DNA from: Gammaproteobacteria bacterium
GTDB taxonomy: Bacteria; Pseudomonadota; Gammaproteobacteria; Eutrophobiales; Eutrophobiaceae
DNA: 64,000 bases
Assembly: GCA_965243205.1 (NCBI GenBank)
Contig: CBDEUK010000002.1
Span: forward strand, 160,001-224,000
Reading direction: 5' to 3'
Shown here: positions 20,395-30,300 of the stretch, piece after piece
Layout of the letters: each line of letters opens with the position of its first letter
Numbering within the stretch: the first letter of the stretch is position 1
Position numbers and translations under genes: made by a program
The notes under the pieces: model-generated
Database searches by the model: none
What the model saw: the letters and a program-made list of their open reading frames with translations, nothing else
What the model was told of the DNA's origin: nothing

Positions 20395-20931
20395 CTATTT
20401 GCTTTCGAAGTGAGCTTTCAGACCATCTAATGTTTTTTGGTGTAAAGCTTCAACAGCGGCTTTACATACGGCATCAGTGCGATCAGGTGGAGGAGATTTA
20501 CCTTCAAATGAGCTATAGGCAGTACCACGAATTTGTACTTTTGAGCCTGAACCGCTTTCAGAGACAGATAAAAAAGACCCCATAGAACGGATTGGCATAC
20601 CTTGTATCACACGACCATCTTCCACCTTTAAGGTTGTTAGCATACGTTTTCGATCGGCTTGAACTTTGGTGACTTCTTCTTTTAATTTTTCACCATTATC
20701 AAGAGTAAAATCTCGAACAGCGCCTAAGCCGTCACCAGTTGAAGAACATTCAGTAATCGATTCATTCCAATCTTTTAAAGCGCATAGCTTATTTACAGCT
20801 GCCCAAACTTCATCAGGGCTTGCATTTACTTCGGTTGATAGATCAAATTTTAAAGGGGTTGGTCCGTGGCCAAAGGCCAGGGCAGGAATTAGGCTTAACC
20901 CAATCAATCCTAATTTCATTGCTTTGAGCAT
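20395..20931 (-). CDS. mxaD: SRPBCC-family periplasmic protein, MxaD-like
   Basis: Signal peptide followed by HGPTP (typical MxaD mature N-terminus), ASPDEVW, G.GAVR.FTL. Confidence 0.75.
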   Translation of the reverse strand: MLKAMKLGLIGLSLIPALAFGHGPTPLKFDLSTEVNASPDEVWAAVNKLCALKDWNESITECSSTGDGLGAVRDFTLDNGEKLKEEVTKVQADRKRMLTTLKVEDGRVIQGMPIRSMGSFLSVSESGSGSKVQIRGTAYSSFEGKSPPPDRTDAVCKAAVEALHQKTLDGLKAHFESK

Positions 20932-20962
20932 ATTTATCTCCACTGCTGTTTATTAATAATGA

Positions 20963-21484
20963 TTGTTAAAAATTGCTAAGTTCTTACAATTAAGAGCTTG
21001 CGGTATTCTAAATGAAATCGAAGGAATAAATCCAATTTACACTCAAAAATACCAATTTTTCTTGGTTTGTTTTTTATTGCTGTTGATTACATTTTGTTCT
21101 GCAGCTGAAGTTCCTTTGTCGATTCAAACTTCGACAAATCCAGTGGTTTTTAACATAGAAATTGCTAATACACCTGAAAAGAGGCGTTTAGGCTTAATGC
21201 ATCGAACCACGTTAGCGCCATCTGCTGCTATGTTATTTGAGTATCCTGAACCCAGAAAAGTTTCGATGTGGATGAAGAATACGGCTATCCCTTTGGATAT
21301 TATTTTTATTAATAAAGAGGGAACTATTGTAAAAATACATACTCATGCTGAGCCGTTTAGTGAACAAAGTATCTCATCTGAGCAACCAGTATTGGCTGTT
21401 TTAGAAGTCAATGCTGGTTTGGTTGAAAAGTTCAATATAAAGATTGGTAATAGTGTTATTTATGATTTATTCATAAAGAAATAA
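20963..21484 (+). CDS. DUF192 family protein
   Basis: EIANT...R..GLMHR, MWMKNT.IPLDIIFI, VLEVNAG; start uncertain. Confidence 0.88.
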   Translation: MLKIAKFLQLRACGILNEIEGINPIYTQKYQFFLVCFLLLLITFCSAAEVPLSIQTSTNPVVFNIEIANTPEKRRLGLMHRTTLAPSAAMLFEYPEPRKVSMWMKNTAIPLDIIFINKEGTIVKIHTHAEPFSEQSISSEQPVLAVLEVNAGLVEKFNIKIGNSVIYDLFIKK

Positions 21485-21491
21485 ACAAGCA

Positions 21492-22481
21492 ATGAAACTT
21501 TTTAAAATCGTTATATCTTATGTATTTCTAACATTGTTATTTGCTACCTATTATTTCTTTTATACACCAGGAACTAATTCAAAGTTTGAAAATAATCTAT
21601 TAACTGCTTCGGAAACTAACTTAGAAAATCGTTTAAATAAACATATATGTGTACTTTCTGAAGAGATCGGTGAGCGTCATTATTTAGCAGAAGGTTCGTT
21701 ACAAAAAACAGCTGATTATATTCATACTGAATTTTCTCGACTCAATTCAGATGTATCCACAATTGAATATGGTGAAAATAAACAATACAAAATTGTATCA
21801 ATAAAGTTACAGGGAAAAAGTAATAAGCCGCGCTCAATTATTATTGGAGCACATTATGATACTGTGCCTTTAACCTTAGGAGCTGATGATAACGCATCGG
21901 GAATAGCGGCTTTAATAGAATTAGCCAGTGAATTAAAAAACGAATCGTTAAAACACAATCTCATTTTTGTTGGCTTTCCAAATGAAGAAGCGCCTTTTTA
22001 TGGAACAGGATTGATGGGTAGTTATGTATACGCACGGTCCCTTAATAAAATTGATGTAATAGGAATGATCTCTCTGGAAATGTTGGGGTTTTATTCTTAT
22101 GAGAAAAACAGTCAAGAATTTCCATTTCCTTTGCAATGGTTTTATCCAGATACGGCTTCTTTTATCGCGTTTGTCGGCAACTTAAAATCACGGCAGTGGC
22201 TGCATCAATCAATTAAATCGTATAGAGAACATGCAAAAATTCCTGCTGAAGGTTTAACCGCACCAGAAATTTTAGTGCCCGATATTTCTAGATCGGATCA
22301 ATTATCGTTTTGGCAGCAAGGTATTCCAGCATTCATGATAACCGATACAGCGGAATATCGTTCACCGCATTATCATTTTGCGGATGACATTATAGAAACC
22401 CTGGATACGCAAACAATGACGAAAGTTGTTGTCGGGCTAAAAGCCATGTTAATGAATTTAGCCAATATGGATTATCCTTAA
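21492..22481 (+). CDS. M28 family zinc peptidase
   Basis: IGAHYD, GADDNASG, NEE, SLEMLG, RSDQ, YH..DD. Confidence 0.88.
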   Translation: MKLFKIVISYVFLTLLFATYYFFYTPGTNSKFENNLLTASETNLENRLNKHICVLSEEIGERHYLAEGSLQKTADYIHTEFSRLNSDVSTIEYGENKQYKIVSIKLQGKSNKPRSIIIGAHYDTVPLTLGADDNASGIAALIELASELKNESLKHNLIFVGFPNEEAPFYGTGLMGSYVYARSLNKIDVIGMISLEMLGFYSYEKNSQEFPFPLQWFYPDTASFIAFVGNLKSRQWLHQSIKSYREHAKIPAEGLTAPEILVPDISRSDQLSFWQQGIPAFMITDTAEYRSPHYHFADDIIETLDTQTMTKVVVGLKAMLMNLANMDYP

Positions 22482-22572
22482 ACAAGTATAAGAACTGACT
22501 ATCCCTGATCCCCAGACCATAATATAATGCGCCACTTTGATTTAGACACATAGATATTCTGAGAGACATTGA

Positions 22573-23733
22573 ATGAAAATTATTATTGCCCCTGATTCCT
22601 TTAAAGAAAATATGACCTCATTGCAGGTTGCCACAGCCATTGAAAAAGGTATTCACAGAGTTTTACCAAAAGCAAAATGCATTAAAGTACCAATGGCAGA
22701 TGGTGGTGAAGGAACAGTGCAATCATTAGTCGATGCGACAGGTGGAAAATTTATTCGTAAAAAAGTAACGGGGCCAGCTAAGAAACCCGTTAGTGCACGA
22801 TATGGCATGTTATCTGATGGCGAAACCGCGGTCATTGAAATGGCTGAAGCGTCAGGTTTGCATTTGGTGAGTGGAAAAACTCGAAATCCATCGATTACTA
22901 CAACATTTGGCACTGGACAGCTAATGCTTGATGCCATTAACAAAGGCGCTAAGCACATCATTATTGGTATTGGTGGCTCAGCCACAACTGATGGTGGTGT
23001 CGGCATGGCACAAGCTCTAGGCGTTAAGTTTTTAGGCAAGACGGGTAGAGAGATAAAAGAATTAGGTGCTGGTGGCATGTTAAACAAAATCCATCAGATA
23101 GATATGTCTAATATCGATTCACGTATTCGTAAAACAAAAGTGACGGTTGCATGCGATGTTGATAACCCATTATGTGGCTCACGTGGAGCCGCAGCAGTGT
23201 TTGGACCACAAAAAGGCGCAACTCCAGCTATGGTAAAAACCTTAGATGCTAATTTAAAACATCTTGGCTCTTTAATTAAAAGCGATTTAAAGAAAAACGT
23301 CATGTCTATCAAAGGCGCAGGTGCCGCTGGCGGTTTAGGTGCAGGCTTGATGGCATTTACTGGAGCAAAACTGAAAAGTGGTGTGGATATCGTTGTCGAT
23401 GCAACAGGTTTAAAAGATGTCATCAAAGGTGCTGACTTAGTCATTACAGGCGAAGGGCGTGTAGATTTTCAAACGGCCTTTGGTAAAACACCCGCTGGTG
23501 TTGCTAAAGCAGCGAAAAAATTTCGAGTGCCTGTAGTCGCCATTGGCGGTGGCTTAGCGGATGATGCTAGAGGGGTATTTGAATATGGTATTCATGGATT
23601 GGATAGCGCAGTCGCAGCACCCATTTCATTAGATGAAGCTTTTGCAAAAAGTAAAATTTTAGTCGCCAATGCAGCAGAGCGAGTAATTAGAACTATTTTG
23701 ATTGGTAAAAAAATGCAAAAGCCTAAACGCTGA
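22573..23733 (+). CDS. glxK: Glycerate kinase (GlxK/GarK class)
   Basis: IIAPDSFKE, PMADGGEGT, GIGGSATTDGG, GAGAAGGLG, ITGEG. Confidence 0.93.
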   Translation: MKIIIAPDSFKENMTSLQVATAIEKGIHRVLPKAKCIKVPMADGGEGTVQSLVDATGGKFIRKKVTGPAKKPVSARYGMLSDGETAVIEMAEASGLHLVSGKTRNPSITTTFGTGQLMLDAINKGAKHIIIGIGGSATTDGGVGMAQALGVKFLGKTGREIKELGAGGMLNKIHQIDMSNIDSRIRKTKVTVACDVDNPLCGSRGAAAVFGPQKGATPAMVKTLDANLKHLGSLIKSDLKKNVMSIKGAGAAGGLGAGLMAFTGAKLKSGVDIVVDATGLKDVIKGADLVITGEGRVDFQTAFGKTPAGVAKAAKKFRVPVVAIGGGLADDARGVFEYGIHGLDSAVAAPISLDEAFAKSKILVANAAERVIRTILIGKKMQKPKR

Positions 23734-23773
23734 ATTAAACCTATTTAGTAATAGTGTTAGTTTCCTTTAATTC

Positions 23774-25021
23774 ATGAAATTTTCTAAATTTGCTCATCGT
23801 TTTTCAGCTAATGCTGGCATCGTGCAATTGATGGACGATCTGGGGTCTGCGATGGCTGGCAACGATATGTTAATGTTGGGTGGAGGTAATCCCAGTCATA
23901 TTCCGCAAGTATTGCAATATTTTCACGAACGTTTGCAACGTATTATTGATAGCCCATCTCAATTTACTGCTTTAATTGGAAATTATGATTCGCCTCAAGG
24001 TGAGCCTGAGTTTATTGCAGCATTGGTAGCGTATTTAAATGACGAGTATGGTTGGAAGCTAACGAATAAGAATATTGCTTTAACCAGTGGTAGCCAAGCT
24101 GGATTCTTTGCTTTATTTAATATGTTTACGGGCGAATATGAATCTGGGCAGAGAAAAAAATGTTTATTGCCGGTTTCTCCAGAATACATTGGTTATAAAG
24201 ACATTCCTTTAGAAGATGATTTATTAATTTCACAACGCCCATTAATTGAAAAGTTAGGTGAACACTTTTTTAAGTACCATGTGGATTTTGAAAATTTAGT
24301 CATTGATGAATCTATTGGAGCCATTTGTGTTTCTCGTCCTAGCAACCCAACGGGCAATGTCATAACAGAGCAAGAAATTCATAAACTATCAGAATTAGCT
24401 GATGAACATTCCATTCCGTTAATCATTGATAATGCTTATGGACTTCCGTTTCCTAATATCATCTTTGAAGAAACAAAGCCGTTTTATAACGACAATACCA
24501 TTTTGTGTATGAGCCTTTCTAAACTTGGTTTACCAGGTTGTCGTACTGGTATTGTGATTGCGAATGAAGAAGTCATTAGTCATTTAAGCAGTATGACGGC
24601 TATTATGAATTTATCTCAAGGTAGCATTGGGCCTGCATTGGCTTATGATGTGATTAACTCAGGCGAAATTACTTCTTTATGTAAAAACGTTATCAAGCCT
24701 TATTATGAAAGTCGAAAAGATGCAGTTGTTGAATGGATAAAAGAATTATTTACCGATATTGATTATTTTATCCATAAACCAGAAGGCGCTATCTTTTTAT
24801 GGTTGTGGTTTCCAGAATTGACGATTACAAATCAGATTTTATACGAAAAATTAAAAGAGCAGGGGGTGTTGGTGCTTTCTGGTCATCATTTTTTTCCAGG
24901 CTTGAATGATGAATGGGAACACAAACAACAGTGTATTCGTATTACTTATTCACAATCACCAGAAGTTGTACGCAAAGCCTTAGAAATTATTGCGGAAGAA
25001 GTTAAGCAAAATACACGCTAA
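23774..25021 (+). CDS. avtA: Valine--pyruvate transaminase
   Basis: MLGGGNP, NYD.PQG, SRPSNPTGNV, DNAYG, SLSKLGLPG.R.G. Confidence 0.92.
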   Translation: MKFSKFAHRFSANAGIVQLMDDLGSAMAGNDMLMLGGGNPSHIPQVLQYFHERLQRIIDSPSQFTALIGNYDSPQGEPEFIAALVAYLNDEYGWKLTNKNIALTSGSQAGFFALFNMFTGEYESGQRKKCLLPVSPEYIGYKDIPLEDDLLISQRPLIEKLGEHFFKYHVDFENLVIDESIGAICVSRPSNPTGNVITEQEIHKLSELADEHSIPLIIDNAYGLPFPNIIFEETKPFYNDNTILCMSLSKLGLPGCRTGIVIANEEVISHLSSMTAIMNLSQGSIGPALAYDVINSGEITSLCKNVIKPYYESRKDAVVEWIKELFTDIDYFIHKPEGAIFLWLWFPELTITNQILYEKLKEQGVLVLSGHHFFPGLNDEWEHKQQCIRITYSQSPEVVRKALEIIAEEVKQNTR

Positions 25022-26004
25022 ACAGCAGGTGTGAAATAGGCATGTACCGTTGAGAATAGTTTTTCGATAAATGATTTTTTCTTAACGTTCTCGACTAAAT
25101 AAACATTATACTCATCAATCGCATTCATTAAGTAAGCTTCACTGGTAGAAAGCTCATCCACTAAATTAAGCTCTAGTGCTTGTTTACCATACCAATGTTC
25201 CCCGGTCGCTATTTTTTCAACATCGACTTGCTCACGATTGGTTTTTACAAAATCTTTAAAGAGAATATGAGTCTCTTCCAGTTCTTCTTGGAGTTTTTCT
25301 CGGTCTTCATCCGTGTTCTCACCAAACATAGTGAGTGTGCGTTTGTATTTACCTGCGGAAACTTGTTCAAAGTCTATGTTATGTTTTTTCAATAGCTTAT
25401 TAAAATTAGGAATTTGAGCGAGCACACCAATAGATCCAATAATTGCGAAAGGTGCTGCAATAATTTTATCGGCAACACAAGCCATCATATAACCGCCACT
25501 GGCAGCGACTTTATCAACTGCAACGGTTAGATGATTACCGTTATCTTTGATTCTTAATAGTTGAGAAGCCGCATAACCATAACCATGTACAGTGCCGCCG
25601 CCGCTTTCTAAAACGACAACCACTTCATCATTAGATTTTAAAATAGATATGATCGCTGTAATTTCATCAGCAAGGTTAGAAGCATCGCTAGCACGAATGT
25701 CACCTTTGAAATTTAAAACAAACATACGCTTCTTAGATTCGGGTTGTTTTTTCCGTTCCTTTTCTTCTTTTTTATTCTGTTTGGATAACTCTTTTAATTC
25801 TTTTTTATCTAATATTAATGAGTTAATAGAACTACGTAGAGTGTCTACTTTATTGTTGAAGTGTTTTATATCAAGCTGTTCAAATGATTCAGATTTAGCT
25901 TTTACGACTAAAATAAAAATAATAATCAATAAAAAAACTACAACGATAAAGATAGAAACTAATTTGGCTAAAAAAAGCCCATATTCAGGGAGAAATTCGA
26001 TCAA
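25018..26004 (-). CDS. sohB: Protease SohB (S49)
   Basis: EYGLFLAK, LESGGGTVHGYG, VAASGGYMMA, AGKYKRTLT; likely TTG start at 26004. Confidence 0.93.
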   Translation of the reverse strand: MIEFLPEYGLFLAKLVSIFIVVVFLLIIIFILVVKAKSESFEQLDIKHFNNKVDTLRSSINSLILDKKELKELSKQNKKEEKERKKQPESKKRMFVLNFKGDIRASDASNLADEITAIISILKSNDEVVVVLESGGGTVHGYGYAASQLLRIKDNGNHLTVAVDKVAASGGYMMACVADKIIAAPFAIIGSIGVLAQIPNFNKLLKKHNIDFEQVSAGKYKRTLTMFGENTDEDREKLQEELEETHILFKDFVKTNREQVDVEKIATGEHWYGKQALELNLVDELSTSEAYLMNAIDEYNVYLVENVKKKSFIEKLFSTVHAYFTPAV

Positions 26005-26026
26005 CTTAATAGTACCTAATTGTAGA

Positions 26027-27355
26027 TTATAACCATTCCAAACCAATGATTATATCATTGGCATTTTGAAAACGTTCGGACTGGTCTTTGGCCATTAAAC
26101 CACTAACCAATGGCTGATATTTGCTTAAATGTTCTGGTAGAGGAGGTGGCTCTTCGTTAATGTGAGCAAATATAAGTTGTGAAATACTATTGGCAGTAAA
26201 AGGTCTTCTGCCAGTTAGCATTTGATAAAACATGACGCCTAGGCTGTACATATCACTTCGTTTATCAACCTTCATGCCCGAAGCTTGTTCAGGACTCATA
26301 TAATACGGTGTACCAACTACCATATTATTAACCGTTAAATCTTCGAATTCACCACTGATATTTTTTGCCGCTCCGAAATCTGTAATTGTTAGGGAGTTGT
26401 CATTACGGAATAATATGTTTCCAGGTTTTAAGTCTCTATGCACGACATTAATATCATGCACGGCTTGCAAGCCGACAGCCATCTGTCTTAAGTATTCAGC
26501 AGCTTCTTCATGATGAAGACCGCCACGTTTTATACGGTGTGATAAATCACCATTAGGAAAATATTCCATCGCAATATAAGCGAAGTCGGTAGCAAACGCT
26601 CTTTCATAAATATTAATAATATGAGGATTGTTTAAGCAAGAAATCAAAGTATATTCTTGCATGAAGCGTTTTAAAGCTAATGGGTCTTCTTGGCCTTTAG
26701 TAAATAAAACTTTTAATACGATTTTTTTATTATCTTCCAGTCTTCGAGCTAATAAAACAGTAGACATCCCGCCTTGGCCGATTTCACGAATAATTTTATA
26801 ACCAGGAACATTAATAATACTATCTTCCATGCCAGGAATCAGAGATTCGTCCGTACTCAACATCACATCCGTAATAGTTTCGTTATCTTCTGCAAGATTA
26901 TCAGTTTTTTCAGAAGGTACGGATGTTAGGTTGGTTTGTTTTTTAGGTGAAAGATCGTGATGTTTATTAGCAAAATCCAAAGCATCATTTATTTTGGCTA
27001 AAATGATTTCTTCATTAGTTTCGTGTTTTAATAAAAAGTCTGTTGCACCCAGCTTTAATGATTCGACTGCTATTTTTGTACTGTCTTGACCAGTTAGCAT
27101 GATAACTGGTGGGATATCCATAACATCCTTGACTTCATTGAGAGATTTAAGGATATACAGGCCATCGACTTCGGGTAAACCAAAGTCATAATCCAAAAAC
27201 ACAAGAGAATAATCTTGATAGTTAATGGCTTCTACGGAAACATCTTGATGAACTGGATCACATTCAGTAATTTCAGTATCAGGGTAGCTTGATTCGATAA
27301 ATCGTTTTAATAATTTCCGATAATCGCTGGAATCTTCAATAATCAGTATACGCAT
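26027..27355 (-). CDS. Receiver domain fused to Hanks-type Ser/Thr kinase
   Basis: REC (IIEDS, LVFLDY, MLTG, K) then GQGGMS, VLK, HRDLKPGN, DFG, GTPYYMSPE. Confidence 0.92.
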   Translation of the reverse strand: MRILIIEDSSDYRKLLKRFIESSYPDTEITECDPVHQDVSVEAINYQDYSLVFLDYDFGLPEVDGLYILKSLNEVKDVMDIPPVIMLTGQDSTKIAVESLKLGATDFLLKHETNEEIILAKINDALDFANKHHDLSPKKQTNLTSVPSEKTDNLAEDNETITDVMLSTDESLIPGMEDSIINVPGYKIIREIGQGGMSTVLLARRLEDNKKIVLKVLFTKGQEDPLALKRFMQEYTLISCLNNPHIINIYERAFATDFAYIAMEYFPNGDLSHRIKRGGLHHEEAAEYLRQMAVGLQAVHDINVVHRDLKPGNILFRNDNSLTITDFGAAKNISGEFEDLTVNNMVVGTPYYMSPEQASGMKVDKRSDMYSLGVMFYQMLTGRRPFTANSISQLIFAHINEEPPPLPEHLSKYQPLVSGLMAKDQSERFQNANDIIIGLEWL

Positions 27356-27391
27356 CTAGGCCTGCAAAATAATTATTACTTTTTTGAATTA

Positions 27392-30300
27392 TTATACATC
27401 TTCACTGAGTAAACTTGCTACATCATCAAGCAAATTATCCTCAGAAAATGGTTTGGTGGTATATCGATTAACACCCATATCAAAAGCGAGCTGTTTATGT
27501 TTATCAGTCGAGCGAGACGTTATCATGATAATTGGGATATGTTTTAAATCCGACATTCCTCGTACATGAGAGGTTAGCTCTATTCCATTCATACGAGGCA
27601 TTTCAAAGTCGACTAAAATAATCGACGGTTGTTTCTTTTCCATGAGGCCGATTGCCTCAATTCCGTCTTTTGCTGTCATAATTTCATAACCGGCGTCTTT
27701 CATTACCTGAGATAATGCGCGTCGAGTACTAATCGAATCATCAATAATCATAACAGTAGGGGCGAGCTTAATAATACTTGTGTGCGATAAATTTAAAGTT
27801 GTAGAGGTTTTGCCAAATACTTTTGTTCTGATGAGATCAGACATATCTAAAACAGGTACAACACTTCCATCACCAACAATGGTTGCACCTATGACACCTT
27901 GTACGTTTTTAAGATATTCGCCCATATTCTTTACGACAATATTCTTGCTGTCGGCAATAGTATTTACAAATACGACTCGATTCGAATTGTCATAATTAAT
28001 TAACAAAGCAGGGCGTATATTATCTTTATCTATCGTATTTTCATTGCTTGAATGTAACAAGTATTCAATAGTGTAAAAATCTATTTTATTACCATCTACA
28101 ATAAGTTTTTGAGAGCTATTTTGCTCGATCACTTCTATGTCATTAGGATGTAAAATTCTCTCAACATCATAATTGGAAATAGCAAGCAATTGTTTTTTAT
28201 GTTCGATAAAAATAGCATGCGAAGTCATTAAACTGACTGGCATGCTCAGTTCAATATTAAGACCTTTGTTTTCTTCAGAATCGATATTTAAACGACCGTT
28301 TAAAGATAATAATTCTGAATAGACGACATCCATGCCAACACCTCTACCCGATGTTTGGGTAGCTTTTTCTCTAGTGGTGAACCCTGGTTGTAGAATTAAT
28401 CGATATATTTCTTCCTCAGGTATATCAGAATCTGAATTTATAATCCCCTTGTCCTCTGCTACTTGGAGAATTTTTTCTTTATTTAGACCTGCGCCATCAT
28501 CTGAAAATTGAATGTTAATTTGAGTGCCGATCCGGGTGATGTTAAGTATTATTTTGCCTGTTTGGGATTTTCCTTGTTTAACTCGTTCTTCTGGTAATTC
28601 AATGCCATGATCAACGGAATTTCGCAGCATATGCATTAATGGATCAATAATTCTATTTAAAATACTTCTATCGATTAAAGTATCTTGCCCTGTACAATAT
28701 AATTTTGCCTTCTTTTTAGTTGTTCTACATGTTTGCCTAACACATCTTTCTAATCTTGCCACAATCGAACTTATCGGAACCATACGCGAACGCATCATGG
28801 TGTCGTAAATTTCATGTTGTAGATTGGTTTGGCTATAAAGAATTTCGTTGATGTTTTTTAATTCAGAGCCAATATCAATATTGATTTCATTAGAATCTGT
28901 TGCTGCTTCAATAATTCGGTTAGAAGCAGTATGTAACTCGTTATATTCTTCTAGTTCTAATGGATCAAAATAATCAGATTGATTGACTACTTGCTGTTTC
29001 GAAAGGGCGTTGCCGCTCATTTCTATAAAACGCTCTAATTCATTACTGAGCTCGCGCACAGTAGTATTCTGTTCTTTTAAATTATCAGTTTTCATCAGTG
29101 AATCGTTGATTTTTTCTTTCAACTGTAAATTTAAAATCATAGACTCACCAACCAAACGTAATAGGCTATCTATTGTATCTATTGGCACAGAAATCATTTC
29201 TGTAGGTTTATCTTCAACTTTCTCCTCTATTTTTTCTTGTTTCAGAGTGGATGTAAGTTCAAAACTTCTAGTCAATTCCGAATCTATTTCATCATCATCA
29301 GAATCAATTATGTCTATGCCTTTTGTTTGTAATAGATTTAGCCAACCCAATATCTCTTGAGCAATATCATAGGTGTAATCAGGTGACTCCTTTCGTTCCA
29401 TTAAAGATTCGGACATATCTTCTAAACAATCAGTTGCTGAAATTAACATTTCGGATAATTTGGAAGATGGAAATTTTTGATGTTGACTAAGAATAGAAAA
29501 AATATCTTCAAGTTTATGTGTTAAATACGCAATACCTTTTATACCAACTGTATTTGCAGCACCTTTTATAGTATGTGCTACACGTTTTGCTTTTGTTAAC
29601 GCATTGATGTCAGGATTATTACTACATAATAATTGTATGGCTTCTGATAGATCAGACATTTGGCCAGGAAGTTCTTGCAATAAACCATCGAGTAAATCTG
29701 AATTGATTTCTTCAGTAACTGTAATAGAAAGGTCATTGTGATCAATTTCTGTAACAATATTATCTTCTGTTAATTCATCTTCAGACACGCACGATGCATT
29801 ATTCAATAATTCAATCAGTACATTCGATTGTTCTTCATTGATAGGAACTGGCAAGTCAATATTTTTAAGAAGCTGAATTATCTCATTCGATTGTTGGGGT
29901 GAACCTACATTCATAAGATAATCAGTAACGGTTTGTATCCAGTCTTTTAGGATAGATGAATGCTCAGGGCTAAAGACTTTTTTATCGACTAAATAATTAA
30001 TATTTTCTAAAAATACAGTGTTTGCTTGATAAAGGCCGGTTAGTTCTGCTGCCTGAGAGGCATTGGCAAACCGTTCAATTCTTAAATGATATTTAGATAT
30101 TTTTTCTAACTTAGTCTCTATGACATCATCTTTTTCCGGGATCAATTCATTAATTTCATCGGCAATTGATAACATTTCAGATAACAACATATCAATAAGA
30201 TCTGAACTGATAAATGCATCATCTTCAGGATTATCTGATGGTGTAACTTGAAAGTGGTTAGTTTTATTATTTTCTTCAATCGCTGAAGCTAATAAATTTC

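Noticed and set aside
22515-22535. dif-like sequence CATAATATAATGCGCC
   Set aside because: Spacing does not fit dif; better read as a TATAAT -10 box with GC-rich discriminator for glxK
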